Notes: generated by a model not told the origin, from the letters alone. Counted from the stretch's first letter, positions 21,685 through 31,272 are shown. The stretch is 64,000 nt of DNA from a virus (IMGVR_UViG_3300045988_108820:32001-96000); one strand, 5' to 3'. Made by a program: numbers and translations.

Positions 21685-21970
21685 TATAGATTGTGGTAAT
21701 AGTAATATCACAGAAGATGAAGCTATGGAAATAATAAAAGTTATTAAGTCTTACACAGATAAGACTCAGAAACTTAGTAAATGCCAAGCATGTCAGAAAC
21801 TTAATGTGAGTAGGGCTACCTTTGATAATTTAGTTAGAGAAGGTATTATACCTAGAGGAGAAAAGGTTATGGGTTTTAAAGAATTATTTTGGGAAGAAAG
21901 GACTCTAGATGAAGTAATAAAGAGTAGAAGAAATGGTAACAAAGAAAACAATCAAAGTTCCAATCTATGA
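21641..21970 (+). CDS. excisionase/MerR-type HTH DNA-binding protein
   Basis: LSKCQACQKLNVSRATFDNLVREGIIPRGEKV fits the Xis/AlpA-like HTH pattern. Confidence 0.55.
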   Translation: MLKVIKSLLERIINDIDCGNSNITEDEAMEIIKVIKSYTDKTQKLSKCQACQKLNVSRATFDNLVREGIIPRGEKVMGFKELFWEERTLDEVIKSRRNGNKENNQSSNL

Positions 21971-22271
21971 TTATAGAGTAATTATCATAGTAGTAGATAC
22001 TTGGGAAGAAGCACATGAACTCTATCCAAGTATAAAATGTAAAACAAGAGCCTGTGTGCTTGAAGGCCCAGACTATTCTATTATAGCTGTTCCACCTCAT
22101 AAGACTAATTTAATAGTCCATGAATGTGTTCATTTAAAAAACTGCATTTGGAATTACATAGGATATAAACCAGAAGCAAATAATGATGAAGTAGATGCTT
22201 ATTTAGTAGAATATCTATTTGACCAAGTATCAAAAGTTGTAGCTAAACATAACTTAGAAACTCAATGCTAA
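21933..22271 (+). CDS. small HExxH zinc-metallopeptidase-like protein
   Basis: LIVHECVHLKN carries the HExxH motif. 112 aa. Overlaps the HTH gene by 38 nt. Confidence 0.5.
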   Translation: MVTKKTIKVPIYDYRVIIIVVDTWEEAHELYPSIKCKTRACVLEGPDYSIIAVPPHKTNLIVHECVHLKNCIWNYIGYKPEANNDEVDAYLVEYLFDQVSKVVAKHNLETQC

Positions 22272-22284
22272 ATATATAATTTAT

Positions 22285-22321
22285 AACACTCTTAAAGTTA
22301 ATGCTTTAGGAGTGTTTTTTT
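22285..22321 (+). terminator. rho-independent-type terminator
   Basis: AACACTCTTAAAG-TTAATG-CTTTAGGAGTGTT followed by TTTTTT. Confidence 0.7.
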
Positions 22322-22339
22322 ATTCATTAGTATCATTAT

Positions 22340-22367
22340 GTTTCTTGATAAAGTTTATATACCTTTG
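22340..22367 (+). promoter_or_regulatory. possible weak promoter (-7 box TACCTTTG, poor -33)
   Basis: TACCTTTG at 22360-22367. The upstream element is only TG. Confidence 0.3.
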
Positions 22368-22434
22368 CTTTGTAAGCTTACAAAAAATAAATATTTTATA
22401 AACTATCAATTGAGAAACATTATGGAGAAAACTT

Positions 22435-22611
22435 ATGTTTTTGACACAGCTGAAGTTCATCAATACATTTGAGCATGAAAAGAACCACTTGGAGATGCAC
22501 ATCTGTGAGGCATTAGATATTAATCCTTATTCAGAGGAAGCTGCACACTTGAGTGGTGACTTAGCTCAATTAATTCTTGAAGAAGCCTTATATTCTATTG
22601 TGGAACTTTAG
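22435..22611 (+). CDS. hypothetical acidic 58-aa protein in an insulated mini-unit
   Basis: Hand-found ORF MFLTQLKFINTFEHEKNHLEMHICEALDINPYSEEAAHLSGDLAQLILEEALYSIVEL. It is below the ORF-track length cut-off and is flanked by terminators on both sides. Confidence 0.45.
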   Translation: MFLTQLKFINTFEHEKNHLEMHICEALDINPYSEEAAHLSGDLAQLILEEALYSIVEL

Positions 22612-22612
22612 T

Positions 22613-22641
22613 AAAAAGGAGTACTTGTTAGTACTCCTTTT
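22613..22641 (+). terminator. rho-independent-type terminator
   Basis: AAAGGAGTACT-TGTT-AGTACTCCTTT followed by T. Confidence 0.7.
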
Positions 22642-22669
22642 GCTATATTATAAATAACTTTATTATATA

Positions 22670-22701
22670 CTTGTCTAACCTATTTATTCTTATTAATTTT
22701 G
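22670..22701 (+). promoter_or_regulatory. Bacteroidota-type promoter for the scaffold/capsid operon
   Basis: CTTG-N20-TAATTTTG (22694-22701). Confidence 0.6.
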
Positions 22702-22729
22702 CAAAGAAGTTTAATAAGGAGTATAATAT

Positions 22730-23869
22730 ATGGAAGGTTTATCATTAGATAATATAATGACTGGAGAAGAGGCAGCAGCTCTCTTTGATCCAGAAACTAA
22801 GCAAGAAGGAACTGAGGAAACTCCCTCAAAGAATTCTGATGAAAATGAAAAGGAAAGTAAAGAAACTACTGAGGTTGTAGATGTAGATACCTTATTTACA
22901 GATAAGCCAGAGAGCGTAGGTAGTGAAGATCATAAGGGAAAGGAAGATACCTCTTCTAAAGAGGAAACTTCTCCCAACTTCTACTCTTCCATTGCCAAAA
23001 CCTTTGCAGAAGATGGTGTCTTCCAAGACCTTAATGATGAAGCTATTTCTAAGGTTAAAGATGCAGAGTCCTTTATGGATTTAGTAGAGGAGCAAATTCA
23101 ATCTAAGCTTGATGAAAGGCAAAAAAGAATTGACCAAGCTCTTAATGCAGGGATAGAACCTACACAAGTTCAGAGATTTGAGAATAACATCAAAATATTG
23201 AATAGTATTACTGATGAAGCTATCTCTGAAGAAGGTGAGAAAGGTGAAAATCTTAGAAAAAACATCATCTATGAGGACTATATTCAGAAGGGCTTCTCCA
23301 AAGAGAGAGCTATTAAAGCAGTTGAAAGATCTATAACTGCTGGTACTGATATAGAAGATGCTAAAGAAGCTCTACAAAGTTGCAAAGAACAAGTAACCAA
23401 AGCTTATAATAATGCAGTTAAAGAAGCAGAGGAAGTAAAGGCAAAGGAAGAAAAAGAGCTAAAAGAGCAAGCAGAAGCTCTTAAAAAATCAATTCTTTCT
23501 GATAAGAAACCTTTTGGTGACTTAGAGATAGATAAGAACACTAGACAAAGAGTATTTGATGCTATTTCTAAACCAGTATTTACTGATCCTGAAACAGGAG
23601 AAAGACTTACGGCAATTCAAAAGTTTGAAGCTGATAATCATAATGATTTTATGAAGTATGTTGGTCTTACTTATGTATTGACTGATGGTTTCAAATCACT
23701 TGATGGTTTAGTTAAAGGTAAAGTGAAGAAGGAAATTGGTAAGGGTCTAAAGGAGTTAGAACATACCTTAAATAACACTGCTAGAAACTCAGATGGTACA
23801 CTTAAATTTACAAGTGGTGTAAACTCAGACCCAGAATCTGCATTTAGTAGATTTACACTTGATATTTAA
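22730..23869 (+). CDS. putative scaffolding protein
   Basis: 379 aa, very acidic and helical (E/K-rich), immediately upstream of the capsid gene. Confidence 0.5.
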   Translation: MEGLSLDNIMTGEEAAALFDPETKQEGTEETPSKNSDENEKESKETTEVVDVDTLFTDKPESVGSEDHKGKEDTSSKEETSPNFYSSIAKTFAEDGVFQDLNDEAISKVKDAESFMDLVEEQIQSKLDERQKRIDQALNAGIEPTQVQRFENNIKILNSITDEAISEEGEKGENLRKNIIYEDYIQKGFSKERAIKAVERSITAGTDIEDAKEALQSCKEQVTKAYNNAVKEAEEVKAKEEKELKEQAEALKKSILSDKKPFGDLEIDKNTRQRVFDAISKPVFTDPETGERLTAIQKFEADNHNDFMKYVGLTYVLTDGFKSLDGLVKGKVKKEIGKGLKELEHTLNNTARNSDGTLKFTSGVNSDPESAFSRFTLDI

Positions 23870-23884
23870 TATTTAATAACTATT

Positions 23885-25390
23885 ATGGCTGGACAATTAG
23901 GTAAGTTTCAGATGGTTGGTTTTGATGGCTGGAAAGGTTTGTCAAAATTAAACCATATTTCAGCTATCTATGGTATGGGTGCTCAAAAAGCATCTAATAT
24001 GATGGTTGAGTTGTTAGCTTCTAAGATGGGTAATACTCTTGACACATTTCTGAGTAGACTCCCTATAAAGGAATTTGAAGATGATTCAGAGTATTATTGG
24101 GATATTATTTCTAGTGCAAGAAAGAATATTCCTTTGGTAGAAGCTAGAGATGAGGATGGTAAGAAAGTTGAACTAGGTGATAATCCTGTAGGTGTTGGTA
24201 CTACTCCTTTCTATTTAGTATTTGCAGAAGATTATTTCGCAGATGGCGAGGTGATTTTTGGTAGTTTAAATCAAGTATATCCTATTAGAGTACTTGGTGA
24301 TGCAAGAATGGAAGGTACTAATGCTGTGTATCGCTGTGAAGTGATGGGTGGTATTACTACAGGTGTTCCTTCTGAAAGACTACAAACTGGTGAAAGATTC
24401 TCTGTAGGTTTTGCTCCTGTTGAAAAGGAATTAAGCCGCAAGGTTGGAGATATTAGATTTAATACTCCTGTAAGTATGCGTAATGAGTGGACTACTATTA
24501 GACTTCAACACAAGGTTTCAGGTGCAATGCTTAATAGAAAACTTGCTGTTGGTATTCCTATGAAGGACACTTCTACAAATAAGACAGTGATTGCTAACTT
24601 ATGGATGCATAATGTAGACTGGACATTTGAAAAACAATGGAGTGATTACAAGAATATTGCAACAGCTTGGGGTACTTCTAACCGTAATACTAATGGTGAA
24701 TATCTAAACTTTGGTAAGAGTGGTGAAGCTATTAGAATGGGTGATGGTTTATTTGCTCAAATGGAAGTAGCTAACACTTACTACTATAATACATTCTCAT
24801 TAAAGATGATTGAAGATGCACTTTATGAATTAAGTGCAAATGCTTTAGACATCAAGGAAAGGGTGTTTGTTCTTAGAACAGGTATGAGAGGAGCATCTCT
24901 ATTTAGCAAAGCAGTTGGTGATATTGTTTCTGGATGGACTCAATTTACAGTAAATGCTGATAACTTGGGTATTGTACAAAAGACTAATAATGTACAACAT
25001 CAGACCTCCCTTGCAGCAGGTTATCAATTTACTGAATTTAGAGCACCTAATGGTGTGATTCTAAAGATTGAAGTTGATAAGTTCTATGATGATCCTGTAC
25101 AAAATAAGATTCAGCACCCACTTGGTGGTCCTGCAAGTTCTTATAGATTTGATATTATGGATATTGGTTCTATGGATCAACCTAATATCTTTAAGTGTCA
25201 AATCAAGGGAGAGCCAGAATATAGAGGTTATCAATCTGGTATGAGAAATCCTTTCACTGGAGCTATGAGTAATGACTTTATGTCTCATGATGAAGATAGT
25301 GCAACTATACACAAGATGACTACATTTGGTGTATGTGTACTAGATCCAACTAGAACAATGTCATTTATTCCTGCTGTGTTGCAAGGTTAA
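23885..25390 (+). CDS. major capsid protein
   Basis: 501 aa. It follows the scaffold-like ORF and is itself followed by a GC-rich hairpin. Size and position are as in crAss-like phages. Assigned by position and composition only. Confidence 0.7.
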   Translation: MAGQLGKFQMVGFDGWKGLSKLNHISAIYGMGAQKASNMMVELLASKMGNTLDTFLSRLPIKEFEDDSEYYWDIISSARKNIPLVEARDEDGKKVELGDNPVGVGTTPFYLVFAEDYFADGEVIFGSLNQVYPIRVLGDARMEGTNAVYRCEVMGGITTGVPSERLQTGERFSVGFAPVEKELSRKVGDIRFNTPVSMRNEWTTIRLQHKVSGAMLNRKLAVGIPMKDTSTNKTVIANLWMHNVDWTFEKQWSDYKNIATAWGTSNRNTNGEYLNFGKSGEAIRMGDGLFAQMEVANTYYYNTFSLKMIEDALYELSANALDIKERVFVLRTGMRGASLFSKAVGDIVSGWTQFTVNADNLGIVQKTNNVQHQTSLAAGYQFTEFRAPNGVILKIEVDKFYDDPVQNKIQHPLGGPASSYRFDIMDIGSMDQPNIFKCQIKGEPEYRGYQSGMRNPFTGAMSNDFMSHDEDSATIHKMTTFGVCVLDPTRTMSFIPAVLQG

Positions 25391-25401
25391 ATATAACTTA
25401 T

Positions 25402-25427
25402 AGGGGGAATTAAGTTTCCCCCTTTAA
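25402..25427 (+). terminator. hairpin after the capsid gene (attenuator/terminator)
   Basis: GGGGGAA-TTAAGT-TTCCCCC followed by TTTAATT. Confidence 0.55.
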
Positions 25428-25440
25428 TTAAATAAAATAT

Positions 25441-26337
25441 ATGGCAAAGGAAGATAAAATTAATGAGGAAAAACCTTTAGTTAATTGTCTAAAGAATGAG
25501 CAAATAATCATAAGATATTTGCCTAGACAGAGTAGAATGGTAACTAACCCTAAACATGTACTATTTGGAGGAATGGCAGAGAATGCTACAAGAACTTTTG
25601 TAGTTCCTATGTTGTCTTCTGGTAGATATGTTAATGTTCTTACAGATAGTGAAAAGGATTTCCTTGAAGAATTAATGGGATTACCTCCAAATGCACTTTC
25701 TATATATAAGAAAGTAGATAACTTTTGGGATGATGCTAATGAAGCTGGTATATCTAAAGTAACATTAAGAAAGCAAGATAATTATCTTAACTTAGCTAAT
25801 GTAGAAGATTATATTAGATATAAAATTCTACTAGCTAATAAAGACTATATTGCTCCTTCTCTAGAAGCTTTGGAAACTAACCCTAAGGCAACTTATCAAT
25901 TTGTAATTCTTACAGAAGACTCAGAAACCCAATCTGCTAAGAAGGGTATGACAACTTTAATGCAATGTTATACTGCTTATGGTAAGATTGAAGATGAAGT
26001 TGATACTCTTAGAGTTATTGTTGAAACTCTTACTGGTGTAAGAGTCCATAAGAATACTAAAAAAGAGTTCTTACAAACTAAGGTAAATGAGTTAATACAA
26101 GGTAACAGTAAGATGTTCTTAAAAGTTGCTACAGACCCTATGTTATCAACTAAAGTTCTTATCAGAAGATGTGTTGAAGAAGGATTAATAGCTCATAGAG
26201 GTAATCAGTACTACATTAAAGATGGTAATATCCCTATGTGTGAAGATGGAGAACCTACTTTAAATGTAGCAGCACAATGGATTAACTTACCAAAGAATCA
26301 AGAAATTAAGCTTAGTCTAGAAGCTAAACTTAAATAA
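25441..26337 (+). CDS. virion-module protein (298 aa), function unknown
   Basis: ORF track, in the head-gene operon. Confidence 0.6.
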   Translation: MAKEDKINEEKPLVNCLKNEQIIIRYLPRQSRMVTNPKHVLFGGMAENATRTFVVPMLSSGRYVNVLTDSEKDFLEELMGLPPNALSIYKKVDNFWDDANEAGISKVTLRKQDNYLNLANVEDYIRYKILLANKDYIAPSLEALETNPKATYQFVILTEDSETQSAKKGMTTLMQCYTAYGKIEDEVDTLRVIVETLTGVRVHKNTKKEFLQTKVNELIQGNSKMFLKVATDPMLSTKVLIRRCVEEGLIAHRGNQYYIKDGNIPMCEDGEPTLNVAAQWINLPKNQEIKLSLEAKLK

Positions 26338-26353
26338 TATAAATTGAAAGCCC

Positions 26354-27133
26354 ATGACCAATGAAGAATTTAGTAATGAATTTGATGTTCTTTACAATAA
26401 TATAACTAGTAATCAGGCTCCTGGGCTTGATGAATATGAGAAAAGTGTTTTCTTAACTAAGGCACAATCTGAAATACTGAGAGAATATTTTAACTATAGA
26501 GTAGATAATACTAATGGAGGTTTTGATGGGAGTCAAAAAAGACAATATGACTTTTCATTCCTAATTAAAACTGCTAAATTAGAAGCTAATGTTTCTAATG
26601 AGGGGGATGAGAACTATATTCCTAAGATGGATAATAGAGGCTCCCTATTTAACTTCCCAGAGGATTACTTTCTTAGTATCAATGAGGTTATTAGGGATGA
26701 TGCATCTAGTAATAAGTTTTACTCTGTAGTCTCAATAAGTTATTCTGATTATCAAAGATTAATGACTAAACCTTATGCTTATCCACCTAAAAGAATGGCA
26801 TGGAGGTTATTCATTGGAACAATACAAAAGACTTTAGAAGATACTTCTAAAGTAATAGTTCCTGTGGCAGAGATTATAGGAAAATTTGTTGGAGATCCAA
26901 CTACTTGGGACTACACTCTTAGATATGTAAAGAAACCTAGTCCAATTATTCTTATTAATTTAACTGATGATGACTTATCAATTGAAGGTGAAAAAGTAAA
27001 AACTCCTTGTGAGTTTCCTTCTCAATTACATCAAGAGATCCTTGAAAGAGCTGTGTCATTAGCTAAAATAGCATATCAGGCAGGTTCTACTGCTACTATT
27101 GCAGCACAATCTAGTAAAAATAATCAACAATAG
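26354..27133 (+). CDS. virion-module protein, tandem paralog 1 (259 aa)
   Basis: The N-terminus MTNEEFSNEFDVLYNN...LDEYEKSVFLTKAQSE matches the next ORF. The C-terminal LHQEILERAVSLA matches LHRTILEGAVALA in that ORF. Confidence 0.65.
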   Translation: MTNEEFSNEFDVLYNNITSNQAPGLDEYEKSVFLTKAQSEILREYFNYRVDNTNGGFDGSQKRQYDFSFLIKTAKLEANVSNEGDENYIPKMDNRGSLFNFPEDYFLSINEVIRDDASSNKFYSVVSISYSDYQRLMTKPYAYPPKRMAWRLFIGTIQKTLEDTSKVIVPVAEIIGKFVGDPTTWDYTLRYVKKPSPIILINLTDDDLSIEGEKVKTPCEFPSQLHQEILERAVSLAKIAYQAGSTATIAAQSSKNNQQ

Positions 27134-27138
27134 TAATT

Positions 27139-27825
27139 ATGACTACAGAGGAATTTAGTAATGAATTTGATGTCCTACTTAATAGCTATATTACTATTAA
27201 CCAAGATTCATTTAAACTAGATGAATATGAGAAATCAGTTCTTCTAACTGAATCACAAGAAGCTGTAATTAAGGAATTATATAATGGAAAACTAGCAGGG
27301 GAAGGATTTGAAGAAACAGAAGAAATTAGAAGAGGACTAGATAGTTTAGTCAACACTCTAGAACTAACATCTAAAGATATTTCAAAACCTAAGATGTCAG
27401 ATAAATCTCAGTTTTTTCAACTGCCAACAGATATATGGTTTATTACCTATGAATCAGCACTTTTATCAGATGAGTCTTTAGGATGTAAAAATAATACTAG
27501 AGTAATTGTAATTCCTATAAGACAGGATGAGTACCATAGTGTAGAAAGTAATCCCTTCAGAGGACCTTCAGATAAAAGAGTTTTAAGAATAGACACTGGC
27601 TCCTCAATAGTAGAACTTATATCTAAATATAATATTAAGAGCTATTTTGTAAAGTATCTTAGTAAACCTAAACCTATTATTTTACAGGACATCTCAAATG
27701 AGAATTTAACAATAAATGGTGAGAAATTAAAGATGGAGTGTAAATTAAATGAATCTTTACACAGAACCATCTTAGAGGGAGCTGTAGCTTTAGCCATTAA
27801 GAGACTTCCCTCGAAGAATGTATAA
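27139..27825 (+). CDS. virion-module protein, tandem paralog 2 (228 aa)
   Basis: MTTEEFSNEFDVLLNS...LDEYEKSVLLTESQEA; paralog of 26354-27133. Confidence 0.65.
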   Translation: MTTEEFSNEFDVLLNSYITINQDSFKLDEYEKSVLLTESQEAVIKELYNGKLAGEGFEETEEIRRGLDSLVNTLELTSKDISKPKMSDKSQFFQLPTDIWFITYESALLSDESLGCKNNTRVIVIPIRQDEYHSVESNPFRGPSDKRVLRIDTGSSIVELISKYNIKSYFVKYLSKPKPIILQDISNENLTINGEKLKMECKLNESLHRTILEGAVALAIKRLPSKNV

Positions 27826-27842
27826 CTTAAACTAATTTAAAG

Positions 27843-28910
27843 ATGGCAGTTTTTTCTGTAAATCAAAACAGACAGCTTTATGTAGCAAATGCTTATAAAG
27901 CAACAGTAGCAGGAACTGACCCTGCTGGTACAATATCAGTTAAGGCTGATAAAGCAAAAAAGTATTTTTATTTTCCTTATGTAGGTGTTGATAACCTCAT
28001 GAGAAGTGATCTAATTGATGTAGATAAGGTAATGTATGCTAAGGCTACAGATGCTGATGCTCTAGCAATGAAGCTAAAATCAGTACTTGTAACTCTAGAT
28101 TCAGCAGTTAATGGTGGTGAACCTATCTCAGGTCAGGATTATATACTAAGGATAGCCTTTAGACAGTATTTTGGTAATTCAGATGGTAATATGTACTTTA
28201 AGCATGGTGCTGTTCATGGCTTTGCTGGTATGACTGCTTCTGTATTCTATGCTAAAATGGCACAGTCTTTAGCTCTTAACTTTAGTAGAGAAAGAGTTAA
28301 ACCTCTAGCTATTCACTTAGTAAGTGGTGACCTTGCAGATGGAGGCACTGATGAAGGTGAGGTGTTGCCAACTTCAGTTATTGCTAAAAAGAAGAGTGAT
28401 ACAAGTGATTTTGATCCTTTTACTACAACTTACACTGGTATTTTAATTGAGGAAGTAGAACAAGATTGGGTTCTTGGAACTAAAAAGCAAGTGCCTGTTT
28501 ACTTTGATGTATATCCTTCTACTGTTATTAGTGGTGGTGATGAAGTAATTTGGGGAACAGCTGAAGAGGTTGCTAGTAAAGAATCTATAGGTAATGGTCA
28601 TAATATTGCAGATCTTGAGTATTTCTGTATGGGTGAAAGAGGTGATCAATATAGAAATATTGGTTGGCCTAATGTAATTAAAACTAAGTATTTAGTAGAT
28701 CCTGAAAAGAAATATAATATCATTGATATACATTATGCTTATGTAGGTGATGGTGTCAGTGTACAGAAGTCAGAGAAAGATATTACTATTGTAGTACCAA
28801 AGGTTGGTGCTAATAATCAAGCTAGTAATAAACTGACTAATGATATTATTGCTGCAATAAACACAGCTACTGGTCTTAATATTGCTACACTTGATAATTC
28901 AGCAGGTTAA
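27843..28910 (+). CDS. abundant-type virion protein (355 aa; possibly an auxiliary capsid or other head protein)
   Basis: ORF track. Slightly elevated G+C and a strong terminator immediately downstream. The specific role is a positional inference only. Confidence 0.5.
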   Translation: MAVFSVNQNRQLYVANAYKATVAGTDPAGTISVKADKAKKYFYFPYVGVDNLMRSDLIDVDKVMYAKATDADALAMKLKSVLVTLDSAVNGGEPISGQDYILRIAFRQYFGNSDGNMYFKHGAVHGFAGMTASVFYAKMAQSLALNFSRERVKPLAIHLVSGDLADGGTDEGEVLPTSVIAKKKSDTSDFDPFTTTYTGILIEEVEQDWVLGTKKQVPVYFDVYPSTVISGGDEVIWGTAEEVASKESIGNGHNIADLEYFCMGERGDQYRNIGWPNVIKTKYLVDPEKKYNIIDIHYAYVGDGVSVQKSEKDITIVVPKVGANNQASNKLTNDIIAAINTATGLNIATLDNSAG

Positions 28911-28924
28911 GCTAGTATAAATTC

Positions 28925-28957
28925 AAAGTAGATGTGATGAGCATCTACTTTTTTTAT
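28925..28957 (+). terminator. rho-independent-type terminator
   Basis: AAAGTAGATG-TGATGAG-CATCTACTTT followed by TTTTT. Confidence 0.7.
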
Positions 28958-28974
28958 TTTAATACATTACTAAT

Positions 28975-29622
28975 ATGATACACTATAACAATTTATATAT
29001 AACTGAGGATAGCAAGTATTTAGTAATAGATGTAGCTATAGATGAAGATTCTACCTATGATGATGTTTATCTGTATAGAATAGCTATAGACACTCAAGAT
29101 ACTTACATTACTAATGGTCCTAGTAATAATGCTAAAATTATCTTCCTAGATGAAGGTGATATAGAAAAACCTAGTATGAATGGTATTGAGGAAGTTAAAA
29201 ATAGTGGTAAAGATTCTAAAAAAGTAAAGCATACTAAACTAACTCTATCTGCTAAAGATTTAGGAGTTAATTTAAATAAGGATATGCTATTCATCTATAG
29301 TACAGCTTCAGGGTTTATACCAGAAGATAAACCAGATGTTCTCAAATATATAACTGATACAATACTTAATGTAGTTGTTAATACTTATGAAGTGTACAAA
29401 AGTATTATCCCTTTAATTAAGGAGATTGGTGAATTATGTAAGGATCCTATATCATTTATTGATAGAGAATTACAAATCAAAGCTGTAGAATACTCTATAA
29501 AAAATAGTAATTATCTATTAGCTATTAAATATTGGAAGAAATACTTTATGGATAATACAATTACATCCTCATCTAATAAATGTAACTGCAATGGAAACTC
29601 TCAATGTTCTTGCATTAGATAG
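28975..29622 (+). CDS. hypothetical virion-module protein with Cys-rich C-terminus
   Basis: ORF track. The C-terminus is SSSNKCNCNGNSQCSCIR. Confidence 0.55.
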   Translation: MIHYNNLYITEDSKYLVIDVAIDEDSTYDDVYLYRIAIDTQDTYITNGPSNNAKIIFLDEGDIEKPSMNGIEEVKNSGKDSKKVKHTKLTLSAKDLGVNLNKDMLFIYSTASGFIPEDKPDVLKYITDTILNVVVNTYEVYKSIIPLIKEIGELCKDPISFIDRELQIKAVEYSIKNSNYLLAIKYWKKYFMDNTITSSSNKCNCNGNSQCSCIR

Positions 29623-29929
29623 TATTAATAAAATAATGAGTAGATTATCTAAAATTGGGTATTTAAACAAATGCTTTATTTACCCAGTATTAGCCTTAGT
29701 TTATTTATGTGATATATTAAATAAATATGGTCAATATGTATCAGAAGATGACTATAAATATATCACTAAAGCTATTCAAAATCTCTCTGATAATTCCTGT
29801 CTAATTGCTTTACCAGATTTCTATGAATTAAAGAATTCTCATCTACCACAATATAATCCACTGATAAGTAGAATTAGTGAGGACTCTCTAAGTAGATTAG
29901 CAGAAGATAATTCATTAAGACTATTATAA
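29591..29929 (+). CDS. hypothetical protein (start may be the ATG at 29636)
   Basis: ORF track. The longer form overlaps the upstream gene by 32 nt. Confidence 0.5.
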   Translation: METLNVLALDSINKIMSRLSKIGYLNKCFIYPVLALVYLCDILNKYGQYVSEDDYKYITKAIQNLSDNSCLIALPDFYELKNSHLPQYNPLISRISEDSLSRLAEDNSLRLL

Positions 29930-29950
29930 TATAATTAAATAAAAGATTAT

Positions 29951-30000
29951 TCTCTTGTGTATAAGACTTGTATTTATTATCTTTGCACAAGAGAGTTTTT
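29951..30000 (+). terminator. long-loop hairpin plus T-tract that encloses the next promoter
   Basis: TCTCTTGTG (29951-29959) pairs with CACAAGAGA (29986-29994), followed by GTTTTTATTTT. Confidence 0.45.
29954..29985 (+). promoter_or_regulatory. Bacteroidota-type promoter
   Basis: CTTG-N20-TATCTTTG (29978-29985). The extended box TATCTTTGCACAAG is identical to the one at 37240. Confidence 0.6.
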
Positions 30001-30013
30001 ATTTTATACAGAT

Positions 30014-30739
30014 ATGACTTATAGAGAAATAATTTATATGTGCTTAGATGCACTAAAGATTACCTCAGATGATGCTATATTCAATGAAGATCATATATTG
30101 TTTCTTGTAAATAAATATAGAAATCTATTACTTCAACAAAAATATTCAGACATTAGAAATGCAGTTCTTGAAAGTAACTATCAAACACTTTGTCTAGATT
30201 TAGAAATAGATAATACTAAAAGTGTTAGTATATGTAATGAGGAGATACTCAGAAGTAGTAATAAGATACCAAAATTATTGAATGTTGGAAATACAGAAGT
30301 TACTTTAGATGACTATTATATTGGAGAAATAGCATTAGTATCCCCAAACAGAATGAGATATGTTGGTCATAATAGATGGTTACAAAATGCAATATATTGT
30401 TCAATATACTCTGATGATCATCTATATTTTAAATCAGCTAATTCTCAACATCTAAATTTAGAAACAGTGAGGCTAAAAGGTGTTTTTGAGGACCCAATTG
30501 AGGCATACAAATTATCCTGTGACTGCAATTCTAAAAATATGTGTGATTACCTAGACTTAACACTCCCATTGGAGGATGGTCTTGTTCCTAAATTATTAGA
30601 ATTAATAGTGCAATTTATAACTGCTGGTATTTATAAACCAGAAGATACTGAGAATAATGCAAAAGATGATTTATCCTCAATGATGCAGTTTATAAGAAGT
30701 AATATGAAATCCAATCTACAGAAACAAATAGAAGGCTAA
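30014..30739 (+). CDS. tail/connector-module protein (241 aa)
   Basis: ORF track 29957 (GTG start). I trimmed to the ATG at 30014, downstream of the promoter. Confidence 0.55.
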   Translation: MTYREIIYMCLDALKITSDDAIFNEDHILFLVNKYRNLLLQQKYSDIRNAVLESNYQTLCLDLEIDNTKSVSICNEEILRSSNKIPKLLNVGNTEVTLDDYYIGEIALVSPNRMRYVGHNRWLQNAIYCSIYSDDHLYFKSANSQHLNLETVRLKGVFEDPIEAYKLSCDCNSKNMCDYLDLTLPLEDGLVPKLLELIVQFITAGIYKPEDTENNAKDDLSSMMQFIRSNMKSNLQKQIEG

Positions 30740-31272
30740 TGGATGATTTTAGGAAAGAAATGCTTAAAATAAATGAATCAAGAGTTCATAAAGTAAAGAA
30801 TTCTTTAGGTGTTTACGATGCTTATAAATGGATAAGGAAGAATGAATGGTTAGGAATGAGTCCTATATCAGAACATGATTTTTATGCAATTATAAGAACT
30901 GTAAATAAAGCTCTTGCTAATAAATTTCTATACTCAGGCTCTATTAAATTACCATTAAGAATGGGAGAAATTGTATTAAGGAAATATAAACCTAGTATAA
31001 CTTTACAAGATGGTAAGATTAAAACTAATTTACCTATTGATTGGGATTCTACTTTACAATTATGGTCAGAAGATAAAGAGTCTTATAAAAAGAGAACTTT
31101 AATTAGAATAGAAGAAAAAGAGATATTTAAAGTACTTTATGATAAGAGTAAAGCACTATACAATAATAAATCCTTCTATGCATTTAGTCTTAATAGAGAC
31201 ATTAAGACAGCTCTTAAGAAACAATTAAAAAATGGATTATTAGATGCATTTATGTTATGTGGGAAGACTTAA
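30739..31272 (+). CDS. hypothetical protein (177 aa)
   Basis: ORF track, with a 1-nt overlap (TAATG) with the upstream gene. Confidence 0.55.
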   Translation: MDDFRKEMLKINESRVHKVKNSLGVYDAYKWIRKNEWLGMSPISEHDFYAIIRTVNKALANKFLYSGSIKLPLRMGEIVLRKYKPSITLQDGKIKTNLPIDWDSTLQLWSEDKESYKKRTLIRIEEKEIFKVLYDKSKALYNNKSFYAFSLNRDIKTALKKQLKNGLLDAFMLCGKT

